From Actinomycetota bacterium (GTDB lineage Bacteria > Actinomycetota > Actinomycetes > Propionibacteriales > Propionibacteriaceae), in NCBI GenBank assembly GCA_046725775.1, contig JBKOZG010000008.1:1-33316 (forward strand): a stretch of DNA of 33,316 bases, read 5' to 3'. Numbering within the stretch: position 1 is the first letter of the stretch; the number at the start of each line of letters is the position of its first letter. Both the position numbers and the translations under genes were made by a program. The notes beneath the pieces are model-generated. The model had not been told where the DNA came from and made no database searches. It saw only the letters and a list, made by a program, of their open reading frames with translations. This document shows positions 1-11,215 of this stretch, in pieces.

Positions 1-1058
1 ATGGTTGCGGCCTGAAGAATCTCCCGCGCGGTCAGCACATCCTTGGGTACCTGCTCGTTCGGCTCGTAGTTCTCGGCATGCACCCGGGCGCGGTCGGCAC
101 CGAACGCGGCGCGCATTTCAGTGAACATGTCTCCTGGTGCCGTCGTCACCACGTCGATCGACAAGCTGGGCCGCAGCCCCATTCGCAGTGAGTGCCGCAG
201 CGGCGGCCAGCCGTGGCCCATCGACAGCTCGACCTGCGGCGCAATCGAGATCTTGCCGCCGCTGTCTTTGACGAGCTGCCATTCCTCGTCGCTGAAGTGA
301 CAACAGTGGATGTAGGTGGTGTCGGGACCCAGAAGTCCGTAATCGTCTAGCGTCTTGATCATCGCGAACCGCCCGGCGAGCCGACCCATTGCGACGTGGA
401 TAGTGATCGGGATTCCCAGCTCGCGTGCGAGCTTCCACTCCGCACGAACGACACCCTCCTGGCAGAACCCGCTACCACGAGTGGCCAACCCCATGGTGAG
501 CAGACCGTCGTCGGAGCTGAAGTAGGTCTCCTTTATTCGTCGTACGTCGTCGCCGGGAATCGCGATTGAGCTGTTGAACCAGTAGTCAGCTAGCGAGAGG
601 TTGGCGCTGCCGTAGGCGTATTGCGCCCGAATGCCGGTCTCCTGCAGCGCGGTGACAGCCGCGTCCGCATGATCGGGGGTGTTGTTGATGTGGGACCAGT
701 CGACCAGCGTGGTGATTCCGGCATTGAGGCACTCGAGGGAGCCGGCGACGTTGCTGGCGTACACGTCCTCATCCCGATACGCCGGCGCGAAGGTGTCCAG
801 GACCTCGACGAAGTAGTCATCGAGAGTTGCGTTGGGCGCGCAGCCTCGGATTGCGGTCTCCCAAGTGTGCCGGTGGGTGTCCACGAAGCCTGGGATCACA
901 ATGCAGTCGGTTGCGTCGATTACATCGGCGTCGGCGCTGATGTTCGGCTCCACGGAGACGATCTTGTCGTCCTCTATGAGCACGTCGCCGGTGAGCTCTC
1001 CGATCTGGGGGTCCATGCTCACGACGGTCGCTCCGCGGATGAGCGTCTTGGTTGTCAT
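1..1058 (-). CDS. Amidohydrolase family protein (MTA/SAH-deaminase / AtzA-like subgroup); 3' end runs off the window
   Basis: Not in the ORF track; translated by hand from ATG at 1058 (GGAG upstream): MTTKTLIRGATVVSMDPQIG...VIPGFVDTHRHTWE (HxH metal motif)...GITTLVDWSH...ITIHV...TYIHC...SLSIDVVT. Open to the window edge. Confidence 0.9.
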   Translation of the reverse strand, partial: MTTKTLIRGATVVSMDPQIGELTGDVLIEDDKIVSVEPNISADADVIDATDCIVIPGFVDTHRHTWETAIRGCAPNATLDDYFVEVLDTFAPAYRDEDVYASNVAGSLECLNAGITTLVDWSHINNTPDHADAAVTALQETGIRAQYAYGSANLSLADYWFNSSIAIPGDDVRRIKETYFSSDDGLLTMGLATRGSGFCQEGVVRAEWKLARELGIPITIHVAMGRLAGRFAMIKTLDDYGLLGPDTTYIHCCHFSDEEWQLVKDSGGKISIAPQVELSMGHGWPPLRHSLRMGLRPSLSIDVVTTAPGDMFTEMRAAFGADRARVHAENYEPNEQVPKDVLTAREILQAAT

Positions 1059-1101
1059 CTGCCCCTGCTCCTTTGCGTAATGGCGTGGTCTTCTGGCTCC
1101 T

Positions 1102-2082
1102 TCAAAAGGCGGCAAGTCGGCGTACGGCGTTGACCACCTTGTCGACAGTTGGGATCACCGCATCTTCGAGTACGTCTGCGAATGGGAGGGGTACGCACTC
1201 AGCGGCTACTCGCCGGATCGGCGCGTCAAGTAACTCGAATCCTTCGTCGGCGACGATCGACGCGACCGTGGCACCCCAGCCACCCTGATACGGGTTCTCT
1301 TCGACCACAACGAGGCGCGAGGTTTGCGCGACAGACGACAGCACCGCGTTCGCGTCCAGTGGGACCAGGCAACGCAGATCGATCAATTCGACAGAGATGT
1401 TCTCGCCGGCCAGTTGCTCTGCGGCCGACAACGCAGTCGGCACCGTTGACGCGAGGGCGACGATCGTCACGTCATTGCCGGAACGGACGACAGCCGCCTC
1501 ACCGAGGGGCACAACGTGACCATCGGGCGCGGGTTCTCCCTTGCTCGCGAACAGACCCTTGTGCTCGAAGAAGATCACGGGGTCGTCGCTGCGAACCGCG
1601 GACGCCATCAGGCCGACGACATCTGCTGGTGTGGACGGCGCGGCGATCTTGAGGCCCGGGACGGTGAAGACCCAGTTCTCGACAGCCTGCGAGTGCTGGG
1701 CACCGAACCCGAGGCCGCCGCCGTTGGCCGTCCTAATCACCAGCGGGACGGTGACCTGACCGCCGGTCATGTAGCGCATCTTGGGGATCTCGTTGGCGAG
1801 GTAGTCATAGCAGCACGCGAAGAAGTCGGAGAACATGAGCTCTGCGACCGGGCGGATGCCCGTCATCGCGGCACCCAATGCGGCCCCCGCGATCGCTTGC
1901 TCGGAGATCGGCGTATCCCACACTCGCTCCGGGCCGAACTCGGCAAAGAGTCCGGTCGTGGTCTTGAAGACACCCTCAGCTGAACCGATGTCCTCGCCGA
2001 GACACACCACGCGCTCGTCGCGACGCATCTCGCGGGCGATCCCCTCGGATACGGCCTGGCGATAAGTGATCAACTCCGCCAT
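1102..2082 (-). CDS. TPP-dependent 2-oxoacid/acetoin dehydrogenase E1 beta subunit (AcoB/PdhB-like)
   Basis: MAELITYRQA..., GEDIG, DTPISE, GAQHSQ, DPVIFFEHK and IDLRCLVPLD are typical E1-beta motifs. Start taken at the second Met, overlapping the alpha gene end. Confidence 0.93.
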   Translation of the reverse strand: MAELITYRQAVSEGIAREMRRDERVVCLGEDIGSAEGVFKTTTGLFAEFGPERVWDTPISEQAIAGAALGAAMTGIRPVAELMFSDFFACCYDYLANEIPKMRYMTGGQVTVPLVIRTANGGGLGFGAQHSQAVENWVFTVPGLKIAAPSTPADVVGLMASAVRSDDPVIFFEHKGLFASKGEPAPDGHVVPLGEAAVVRSGNDVTIVALASTVPTALSAAEQLAGENISVELIDLRCLVPLDANAVLSSVAQTSRLVVVEENPYQGGWGATVASIVADEGFELLDAPIRRVAAECVPLPFADVLEDAVIPTVDKVVNAVRRLAAF

Positions 2083-3077
2083 GCCGCACCACCGTCCGCC
2101 CATACATCAGTGAGTGCTTGGGCCGGGTCCGGGTAGGGCGCATCCCTAGCCTCTTGCACCGCCGCTTCGACAACCTGCGCGACTCGGGCGTCGGCTGCGT
2201 CCATTTCGGCTTCGTCAACTCCCAGGCTGGCCAACCGATCACGCGCAATACGCAATGGGTCGCGCTGCATCCAACGCTCGACCTCATCAGCCGGACGGTA
2301 CTTCGCTGGATCGGCGCGACTGTGACCGTAGTGCCGATAGGTCTGCGCCTCGATCACTGTTGGGCCCTCGCCTGCCCGCGCCTGGTCGACGGCCATCCTC
2401 ATGGTGTCGTGGACCGCGACCACGTCGTTTCCGTCGACGATCTCGGCCGGCAGCCCATACGCAATAGCTCGATCCGCCGCGGGGTTGGTAACCGAGGTCA
2501 CTGACGCGATCGGCGTGTACTCCATGTAGAGGTTGTTCTCGCAAACGAAGAGCACCGGCAGCTTCCATACGGCGGCCAGGTTCAGCGCCTCATGAAACGC
2601 GCCGATATTGGTCGCACCATCACCGAAGAAGGCAACCGCGACCTGATCGGTCCCCCGCAGCCTTGCCGACCAGGCGGCGCCAGCAGCAATGGGCAAGTGC
2701 GACCCGACAATCGCGTACGAACCGAGCATCCCCTTGTCGGCCTTGGTCAGGTGCATCGAGCCGCCTTTGGCGGCACAGAGGCCCGTGGCCTTACTCATCA
2801 GCTCCGCCAGACATTCGGCGGGCGTGGCACCGCGGGCTATTGCGTGGTGGTGTCCGCGGTAGGTCGCGAACACGTAGTCGTCCCCACGCAATGCCGCACT
2901 CGCACCGACTGCAACCGCCTCCTGCCCAGCCGCCAAGTGGGTGGTCCCCTTCACCTCCCCGGACATGAACAGGTCGTACGCCGCCTTCTCGGTTCGCCGG
3001 ATCAGCGCCATCTGCTCGTACCATTCGAGCAGTTGGCCGGCGTCGACCCCGACGGAAGTGTCCTCGGAGACCGTCAC
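2070..3077 (-). CDS. TPP-dependent dehydrogenase E1 alpha subunit (AcoA/PdhA-like)
   Basis: TPP motif GDGATN...ENN, plus GTTHLAAGQEA, TYRGHHH, GGSMH and YRHYGHSRAD. GTG start overlaps the upstream stop by 4 nt. Confidence 0.93.
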   Translation of the reverse strand: MTVSEDTSVGVDAGQLLEWYEQMALIRRTEKAAYDLFMSGEVKGTTHLAAGQEAVAVGASAALRGDDYVFATYRGHHHAIARGATPAECLAELMSKATGLCAAKGGSMHLTKADKGMLGSYAIVGSHLPIAAGAAWSARLRGTDQVAVAFFGDGATNIGAFHEALNLAAVWKLPVLFVCENNLYMEYTPIASVTSVTNPAADRAIAYGLPAEIVDGNDVVAVHDTMRMAVDQARAGEGPTVIEAQTYRHYGHSRADPAKYRPADEVERWMQRDPLRIARDRLASLGVDEAEMDAADARVAQVVEAAVQEARDAPYPDPAQALTDVWADGGAAWRS

Positions 3078-4438
3078 TGCTCGCCCCGACCAGCCGGGGT
3101 GTTCAGATGGGACTCTGCCTCGCGCTGAGTCGGCAACTCGCCACCAACGGTCCAGTAGCGCTGGCCGGCGATCAACAACTCCTCAGCTGGGAACTTGGTG
3201 ATCACCTCGCAACCGTCCCCGCTGACCACGACTTCCTCCTCGATCCGCGCCGCGGACCAGCCGTCAGAGGCCGGCCAGTACGTCTCGAGTGCGAACACCA
3301 TGCCCTCTTCCAGCACTTCCGGATGGTCCAGCGACACCAGGCGGCTGAAGATCGGCTTCTCCCAGATGGCCAGACCGACGCCATGGCCATACTGCAGGGC
3401 AAAGGCCGCCTCCTCGTTGGCGAATCCGAACTCTTCGGCGGTTGGCCACAGCGAGACGATGTCGGCTGTCGTGGCGCCTGGTCGGACCGCTGCGATCGCC
3501 AGGTCCATGTACTCCCGGCAGCGAACGTAGGCGTCCCGCATCGCAGGTGACGCGCTGCCGACGGCGAAGCAGCGGTAGTAGCAGGTCCGATAGCCGAGGT
3601 GGCTATGCAGGATGTCGAAGAACGCGGGGTCACCCGGCCGGACGATACGGTCGCTGTAGACGTGGGGATGCGGGGAACAGCGCTCGCCCGAGATCGCGTT
3701 CACCCCCTCGACGTATTCGCTGCCGAGGTCGTAGAGCACCTTGCTGACTAGGCCGACGCACTCGTTCTCGCGTACTCCCGGCCGGAGGAAGGCATACAGC
3801 TCGTCGTACGCGGCGTCGACCATCGAGCAGGCTTGGGCAAGCAGCGCGATCTCATCGACTGTCTTGATCCGGCGTGCCTCCAGGAACACCTGCTGGCCGT
3901 CGACCACAGTCAGTCCCTCCGCCTGGAGCGCGGACAAGATCGGCATCTCGATCACGTCGACCCCGAGCGGCTCCTTGTCGAGCTCGTGCTCGCGGAGCAT
4001 GGCCGCCACCTTGCGGGCCAGCTCCTGCGCGATGCCCGCGTCCGGATGGAAAGCGCCACGCAGTGTGGAGATCCCGGCACGAGCTCCGGATCGGCCAGCC
4101 CTCGCTGCGTCTGACATCTCGCGGTCGCCCGGCTTCCGGTCATAGTCCAGCCACGGGTTGTAAAGCTGATGATGTCGGGCCGCCGACCCGAAGTCCCAGA
4201 CCACTGGCTGGGCCCCCCGCGGCAGCAGCGCGAAACGGATCAGCTTGTCCATGGCCCATGTACCGATGTGCGTGGCCGTCATGTAGCGGATATTGGAGAA
4301 GTCGAATGTCAGGAGCGACCCGAGCTCGGAGGCGTCCAGATGCTGCCTGAGGCGGTCAAGTCGGTCAGTGCGCAGTCGATCGACGTCGACCCGTGCCTCC
4401 CAGTCGACAGCGTTCGGCCCGTATGTGCGGATCGCCAT
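3074..4438 (-). CDS. M24 (pita-bread fold) Xaa-Pro peptidase/creatinase-like hydrolase
   Basis: Creatinase-type N-terminus (SNIRY), RRIKTVDEI, FFDILH..GYRTCYYR, GHGVG, GMVFALET, ARIEEEVVV. ATG 4438 follows a GGGGTGG RBS (alternative GTG at 4450). Confidence 0.88.
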   Translation of the reverse strand: MAIRTYGPNAVDWEARVDVDRLRTDRLDRLRQHLDASELGSLLTFDFSNIRYMTATHIGTWAMDKLIRFALLPRGAQPVVWDFGSAARHHQLYNPWLDYDRKPGDREMSDAARAGRSGARAGISTLRGAFHPDAGIAQELARKVAAMLREHELDKEPLGVDVIEMPILSALQAEGLTVVDGQQVFLEARRIKTVDEIALLAQACSMVDAAYDELYAFLRPGVRENECVGLVSKVLYDLGSEYVEGVNAISGERCSPHPHVYSDRIVRPGDPAFFDILHSHLGYRTCYYRCFAVGSASPAMRDAYVRCREYMDLAIAAVRPGATTADIVSLWPTAEEFGFANEEAAFALQYGHGVGLAIWEKPIFSRLVSLDHPEVLEEGMVFALETYWPASDGWSAARIEEEVVVSGDGCEVITKFPAEELLIAGQRYWTVGGELPTQREAESHLNTPAGRGEQ

Positions 4439-4460
4439 TGCCCACCCCACGTCTCGATGG

Positions 4461-5162
<702 letters not shown>

Positions 5163-5279
5163 TCAGGGGTCGGCCAGGATCCCTGCGGAACTCCCGCTAC
5201 TCACTCCGCTCAGCCTTTTCATTTCGACATCAAGACGTTCGGCATCTACGGCGACACGCTGCTCTTCGAAGCGGTCTGT

Positions 5280-5651
5280 TTACTCCCGCATTGTGTCCGA
5301 TCGATGTTCAAGTGTGGCCAGCCGGAGCTCAAGCTGGTCAACGCGATGCCGCAGTAGTGTCAGCTGCGCCTCCAGGCTGATCTCGCGCTCGGCGCGGCGT
5401 TGGATCCGAGCTGACTTCGCGGCCCGATCGAGCACCGCCTGCAGCGGTACCAGCCGTTGCGGACCGTGTGGTCCGTCGACCAGTCGGGATGCGATCTCGC
5501 CGTTGCGGTACCAGGCGCGTAACGCCGAGCGGGATACCCCCGCCTCTGCCTCTGCGATGGCCAATGGAACCCACGGGGTGTCGTCGAGCTTGGCCAGCAG
5601 GGCCAGTTCGTCGCGCCATGCATCGAGGCGGTCATCCCACTCGGACGGCAC
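5280..5651 (-). CDS. Small hypothetical protein with an HTH-like segment and C-terminal coiled coil
   Basis: WVPLAIAEAEAGVSRSALRAWYRNGEI resembles a MerR/excisionase-type HTH; leucine heptads LEAQLTLLRHRVDQLELRLATLE. GTG 5651 preceded by GGAGG (alternative ATG 5666). Confidence 0.7.
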   Translation of the reverse strand: MPSEWDDRLDAWRDELALLAKLDDTPWVPLAIAEAEAGVSRSALRAWYRNGEIASRLVDGPHGPQRLVPLQAVLDRAAKSARIQRRAEREISLEAQLTLLRHRVDQLELRLATLEHRSDTMRE

Positions 5652-5679
5652 AGTGCCACCTCCCATAGGACTCTATTAG

Positions 5680-5708
5680 TGTCAGTGTATTGACATGGTT
5701 TTGATAAT
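5680..5708. promoter_or_regulatory. Inverted repeat TGTCA-N6-TGACA (candidate operator) and -10 box of a probable leaderless clp-N transcript
   Basis: TGTCAgtgtatTGACA at 5680-5695; GATAAT at 5703-5708, 6 nt before ATG 5715, with no Shine-Dalgarno. Confidence 0.55.
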
Positions 5709-5714
5709 GAAATC

Positions 5715-6673
<959 letters not shown>

Positions 6674-6677
<4 letters not shown>

Positions 6678-7672
6678 CCACGCTGCCCGACTTGATCATG
6701 GTGGCGGACCGTCGACTTCGCCCGACCCCGGTCTTCGACACCTACTGGCGTTTCGCGGCGGCACGCCAAGAGGTGTATCAGGCCCGCTTGCGTGGGGATG
6801 CGGGCCCCTGGACGGCAGACCCGATCCTGGCGACGTACCGCTTCACCAACTGTTATCGCGCGGCGGATCGGGTCAGCCAATACCTGATCAAGGAAGTGAT
6901 CTATCGCGGTAATCAGGATGCTGAGGAGATCTTGTTCCGGATTCTGTTATTCAGGTTCTTCAACCGCATCGCTACCTGGGAGTTGCTTATCTCTGCATTG
7001 GGCGAACTCACCTGGGCGAGGTTCCGCCTCGACCGCTATGACGCGGTCTTGACCCAGGCGTTCTCACGTGGGGAGCGAATCTACACAGCGGCGTACGTTA
7101 TTCCTTGCCCGAACTTCGGTCGGCTGCGAAAGCACACGAACCATCTGCGGTTGCTGGAGCACATGCTGTGCGGTGGGCTGCATTGCAGCTTGAAGGCCAG
7201 CGCGTCGATGCGAGAGGTCTTTGATGTCCTGCGCGGCTATCCAGGAATAGGCGATTTCTTCGCCTTCCAACTTCTCGTCGACATCAACTACTCGACCGTG
7301 ATCGATTTCGATGAGATGGATTTCGTGGTGGCCGGACCGGGGGCGAGAGACGGACTCCGGAAATGCTTTGGGCCTGGAGCCCGCGGCATTGAAGCGGACC
7401 TCATCCGCTATATGAGCGATACGCAAGAGGGGCACTTCGCCCGTTTGGGACTTCGCTTCGCCGGTCTCAACGGGCGTCGCCTGCAGCTGATCGACTGTCA
7501 GAACCTGTTCTGCGAAGTGGACAAGTACGCCAGGCTGGCGCACCCCGAAATCACCGGCTACTCGGGCAGGACCCGCATCAAGCAGCGCTTCAAGCCCGTC
7601 GATCAGCCGGTAGGGTCATGGTTTCCGCCGAAGTGGGGGATCAATGGCTCAGTCCGGGAGCCGATACCCTGA
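6674..7672 (+). CDS. aG/PT-PPlase1-like protein (annotated as 5-hmdU DNA kinase helical domain / amino acid:DNA transferase family)
   Basis: PTPVFDTYWRFAAARQ, PWTADPILATYRFTNCYRAADRVSQ, FRILLFRFFN, IYTAAY, GIGDFFAFQLLVDINYS, GPGA and QNLFCEVDKY match my recollection of this HhH-glycosylase-like family. GTGA overlap with the clp-N stop. Confidence 0.8.
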
Positions 7673-7690
7673 AGCTCGGCATCGAAAGGC

Positions 7691-9289
7691 ATGATGGCCC
7701 AAGCGCACAAGGCACAAAAGCAACCTCAGGACCCGTACGCTCAGCAAGGCAAAGAGCTGGCCTCCTTGGTGCAGCGGCTTCGCGGATGGGTTGGATCAGA
7801 TCCCTCACGAGCCCCGGAGCTTGCGGATGCACTCATTCAACTGACGGCTCACAGGCTGCTCGGACACGGCTACGCTGCCGCCGCGGAGGATGCGCAGGAT
7901 GCGGTACGGCGCGCCGCTGAGCTGCTGGCTGCAAAGGGCCCGATCGGGCCGTACACCTCAGTCAGCGACGCGGCCCGCTATGTCACCGCCGTCGTACACA
8001 TGGCCGCGATTCAGGCTGGTTTGAGCTTGCCGGATGCGGCCGGCAGGACGCTCGAATCGCTGCAGGACATTCAGGAGCAACTCGGCGAAGGGCTGCTGAG
8101 GCATTTACAGCCACAGACCGCGATCTGGGCACTGTCGTGCAGCGCCCGGGCGACACTCGCCTTTGGCGATGTTGCCGCAGCCAACGCCGGTGCCGATGCT
8201 GCGCTCGCCCGACTGTCGGAGTCTGGCCTCGAGGACGACGCCAACTCGCAGTACCTCGCGATGGACGTCGACTGGCTCGGCTCCGACTGCCGTTGGGCGG
8301 CGGGCCGCGTCGAGGAAGCCATCGCCTTTCTGCATGCAGCCAAAGCTCGGTATGACGACATGGTCGACGGGCGCCTCGAGCAGCCGGCGCGTCTCAGTCC
8401 CGGACTTCTGGACCGGCTCGCCGAGCCGCTGTACGGCCTGTATCGGGACATGGCCGATCGCTTGGCCGCCGTCGGGGAGGTGGACGTTCGCCTGATGATC
8501 CGGCGCAGGCTGGTTGAGCTTTTGCGCGGGCTCACCGGGCGCCTAGGCGATCGGGCTCGGCTCCAACTGGCGTCAGGTCTGACCGATCTTGGCCACGACC
8601 TGTTGGAGTATGGCCGGGTCGATGAGGCAAACGCGGCCACCGCCGAGGCTGCCGCGATAGAGCAGGCGGTAGACGGTGGGCAAACGGCGGTCGCGGATCC
8701 CGCGCCCGCAACGGTAAGCCGCGGCACGCGGGCGGTGACGTGGACACCGCTGCGACCGACATCTTCGTACGCGGCAACGACCGCCTCAGCCGCTGGCCCG
8801 GTCGATCTGACAATGCTCCAGGCAGAGCGGCAGGCCAAGGCCGCCGCGTGGCTCGAGGCTCACCGGGCCCAGGCCCACCAGCTGGAGCTCGAGTGCATGA
8901 AGCAGGCGCAAATCGAGGCAGAGCGGCGCGAGGCCGAACGGGTCGAAGCCGAACGCACCGCGGCCGCTCAGCTGGCCGCAGAACGCGCCCGGGCCGAAGA
9001 GGCCGAGCGACTTGAGACCGAGCGACGGGCTGCGGCCGAGGAGGCGGAGCGGCTCGAGCGAAAGCGGCGGCGGGAGGAACGCATCGAGGCCCACCGGCTG
9101 GAGGTCGAGCGACGGGAGGCCGAGCGCAGTGAGGCGGAGCGGCTCGAGGTCGAGCGTCAGGCCGACGAACAGCTGTCAGCTGACCCGGCCGAGGCCGAAC
9201 GGCTGGAATTGGAGCGTCTGCAGGCAGAGATAGACGAGCTGGAGCGGGCTGAGAAGCAGGGTCAAAGCGAACGCGAGGAGCGCGGCTGA
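7691..9289 (+). CDS. Hypothetical protein: alpha-helical (TPR-like) N-terminal region plus long E/R/A-rich charged helical tail
   Basis: 532-aa Ala/Leu-rich ORF with GAAAGG upstream; TPR-like segments ([21 protein letters not shown]); repeated EAERLE/EAERRE units from about residue 405. Confidence 0.75.
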   Translation: MMAQAHKAQKQPQDPYAQQGKELASLVQRLRGWVGSDPSRAPELADALIQLTAHRLLGHGYAAAAEDAQDAVRRAAELLAAKGPIGPYTSVSDAARYVTAVVHMAAIQAGLSLPDAAGRTLESLQDIQEQLGEGLLRHLQPQTAIWALSCSARATLAFGDVAAANAGADAALARLSESGLEDDANSQYLAMDVDWLGSDCRWAAGRVEEAIAFLHAAKARYDDMVDGRLEQPARLSPGLLDRLAEPLYGLYRDMADRLAAVGEVDVRLMIRRRLVELLRGLTGRLGDRARLQLASGLTDLGHDLLEYGRVDEANAATAEAAAIEQAVDGGQTAVADPAPATVSRGTRAVTWTPLRPTSSYAATTASAAGPVDLTMLQAERQAKAAAWLEAHRAQAHQLELECMKQAQIEAERREAERVEAERTAAAQLAAERARAEEAERLETERRAAAEEAERLERKRRREERIEAHRLEVERREAERSEAERLEVERQADEQLSADPAEAERLELERLQAEIDELERAEKQGQSEREERG

Positions 9290-9379
9290 CGGCAAAAGAG
9301 CCCGCGTGGCCAGTGGGCATCACCCTCCGGGACACGCCCTCCGACTCGTCGGTCGGCTCTAGCACCGTGCCAACGGGCC

Positions 9380-9937
9380 ATGGCAGCGATCAAAGACAAT
9401 GCTGCGATGGGTGAACTGGTCGTGGTGACCGGACCGCCCGGGGCTGGCAAGTCTTCAGTTTCGGAGCATTTAGCTGACAGGCGTACACCGAGTGCACTCG
9501 TTGCCGGCGATGCCTTCTTCGCCATGATCAGACAGGGATACATCCTGCCGTGGTTGCCTGAGTCATACAACCAGAACAACGGCATCATCGAGGCTGCAGG
9601 TGCCGCCGCCGGCCGGCTGGCCGGAATCTGTTTCGTTGTCTATGACGGTGTGGTCGGTCCATGGTCACTGCCGACGTTCAGACGAGCAGCCGGGGTGCCC
9701 GAGCTGCACTACGTCGTCTTGATGCCGCCGCTCGATGTCTGCCTGGAGCGTGTCCGTAGTCGAGTTGATCACGGTTTTCGCGACTTATCAGTCACGCGCG
9801 ACATGCATCAGCAGTTCGCCCGTGCTCGTGTTGATATCAGACATCTCGTCAGCGAACCTGAGGCGCCTCCCAGCGATCTGGCCGAGCTGATTGCTCGACA
9901 GCTGGCCAGCGGTCGGTTTCGCTGCTCGCCATCTTGA
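9380..9937 (+). CDS. P-loop nucleotide/small-molecule kinase-like protein (AAA_33 / shikimate kinase-like)
   Basis: VVVTGPPGAGKSS Walker A, VVYDGV Walker B-like, CLERVRSR lid motif; start may be ATG 9407. Confidence 0.82.
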   Translation: MAAIKDNAAMGELVVVTGPPGAGKSSVSEHLADRRTPSALVAGDAFFAMIRQGYILPWLPESYNQNNGIIEAAGAAAGRLAGICFVVYDGVVGPWSLPTFRRAAGVPELHYVVLMPPLDVCLERVRSRVDHGFRDLSVTRDMHQQFARARVDIRHLVSEPEAPPSDLAELIARQLASGRFRCSPS

Positions 9938-10105
9938 TCAAGCTCTCACCGTCATGGAACGCGGACCGTCCCGGCCGATTGGCGAACTGACTCGCGAGCG
10001 AAACCATGAAGTGAAACTTTGAGCGCCGTTGGCGCTCTCGCCCGCGCCGGCGGTCATTGTTGCCAGACTCAGGCCATTTACCGGCCATTGCTGTTCACTA
10101 GTACC

Positions 10106-10378
10106 GTGCCCACGAACTCAGGACAAGACGCCGCCCAGGACGTCCCCGACGACGCTGATGATGAAGCTACCGAATCGGAGGTCGTCGAGACCGACGCTTC
10201 AGCACTGCAGCGCTCCCAAGACGCCATTGACCAAGGCTGGGACGCAGCCCGCGAGGCGCTGAAGGACACCTTGCCCGACGAAGAGACGCACCCCCGCCGC
10301 TCTGAGCAGAACGCCGGCCCTGAGGCCGAGGACAGTGTCGGCCAAGTCCAGCAGCACGGCGGACCGGGGGGCCGATAA
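10106..10378 (+). CDS. Small acidic hypothetical protein
   Basis: D/E-rich ORF (LQRSQDAIDQGWDAAREAL) from GTG 10106; no recognisable domain. Confidence 0.5.
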   Translation: MPTNSGQDAAQDVPDDADDEATESEVVETDASALQRSQDAIDQGWDAAREALKDTLPDEETHPRRSEQNAGPEAEDSVGQVQQHGGPGGR

Positions 10379-10414
10379 CAGAACCGAGCCGGCCTGATTT
10401 AGCGAGCTCCGGCG

Positions 10415-11012
10415 GAGCTAAATGCGGTGATCGTCGAGGCCTGCTGGCCTGGCAATACCAGATCGAGCTACAAACCATTCCTGGGGTCGGGGAAACGGTT
10501 GCGCAGGTCATCGTGGCCGAGGCCGGCACCGACATGTCCCGATTCCCCACTGCCGCGCACCTTGCCGCTTGGGCCGGGTTGGCGCCGGCAACGAACGAGT
10601 CCGCCCGGAAACAGAGCCCGGCTGGCAAGCGGCACGGCAACAAGTGGCTGACCGCGATGCTGGTCGAGGCCGCCGGCTCGTGGGTCGGGTGCAGGGCAAG
10701 ATATATCTGTCCGCCCAACGTGCCCGGCTGCCAGACGGCGCGGGATGGGCCGAGCCCAGGTCGCCATCGCCCACTCGATTCTCGTGTCGGCGCACTGGAT
10801 GTTGACCCGCGACGAGCCATACCACGACCTCGGAGCCGACTGGCACCAGCGCCGCAACAACGAGGCCCACGGCCGGCGACTCATCGCCCAGCTCGAACGC
10901 CAGGGCCACACGGCGATCATCGACCCAGCCGCCTAGACATCGCAACTTCGCCCTCAGCGCCGGGAACGCCGACGCGGCTGCAGCCTGCCCTTCACCAGGG
11001 GATTCACGGGTC
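10415..11012 (+). mobile_element. IS110-family remnant: frameshifted C-terminal part of the transposase plus putative right end
   Basis: Pieces in different frames: ...QTIPGVG.., IVAEAGTDMSRFPTAAHLAAWAGLAPATNESA..GNKWL..MLVEAA (IS110/IS116 C-terminal domain), then MGRAQVAIAHSILVSAHWMLTRDEPYHDLGADW...LIAQLERQGH (stop 10936). N-terminal DEDD domain absent. Boundaries approximate. Confidence 0.85.
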
Positions 11013-11215
11013 TGTGTGGTGGCGAAGTGGAGCAGCTCGGGTACTGCGGGTCGGTCGCTGCACCGGCGGATGCGGTCGCCGGGGCGGGCGGCGGTTAGTT
11101 GTCACTGGGCCGATCTTTCTGTATGGATGGGCGGCGTTCAAGCGACATTGAGCGGCCCAGCCGGAAGTACATACATGGACGGCCCGCTATCTGACCCGGC
11201 GTGCCGTGTCGGCCA

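Noticed and set aside
5690-5708. TTGACA and GATAAT as a -35/-10 pair
   Set aside because: They are only 7 bp apart; TTGACA is better explained as half of the inverted repeat.
10937-11012. Possible IS110 bridge RNA
   Set aside because: The element is a frameshifted 3' fragment lacking its left part and DEDD domain; nothing here supports a structured RNA call.
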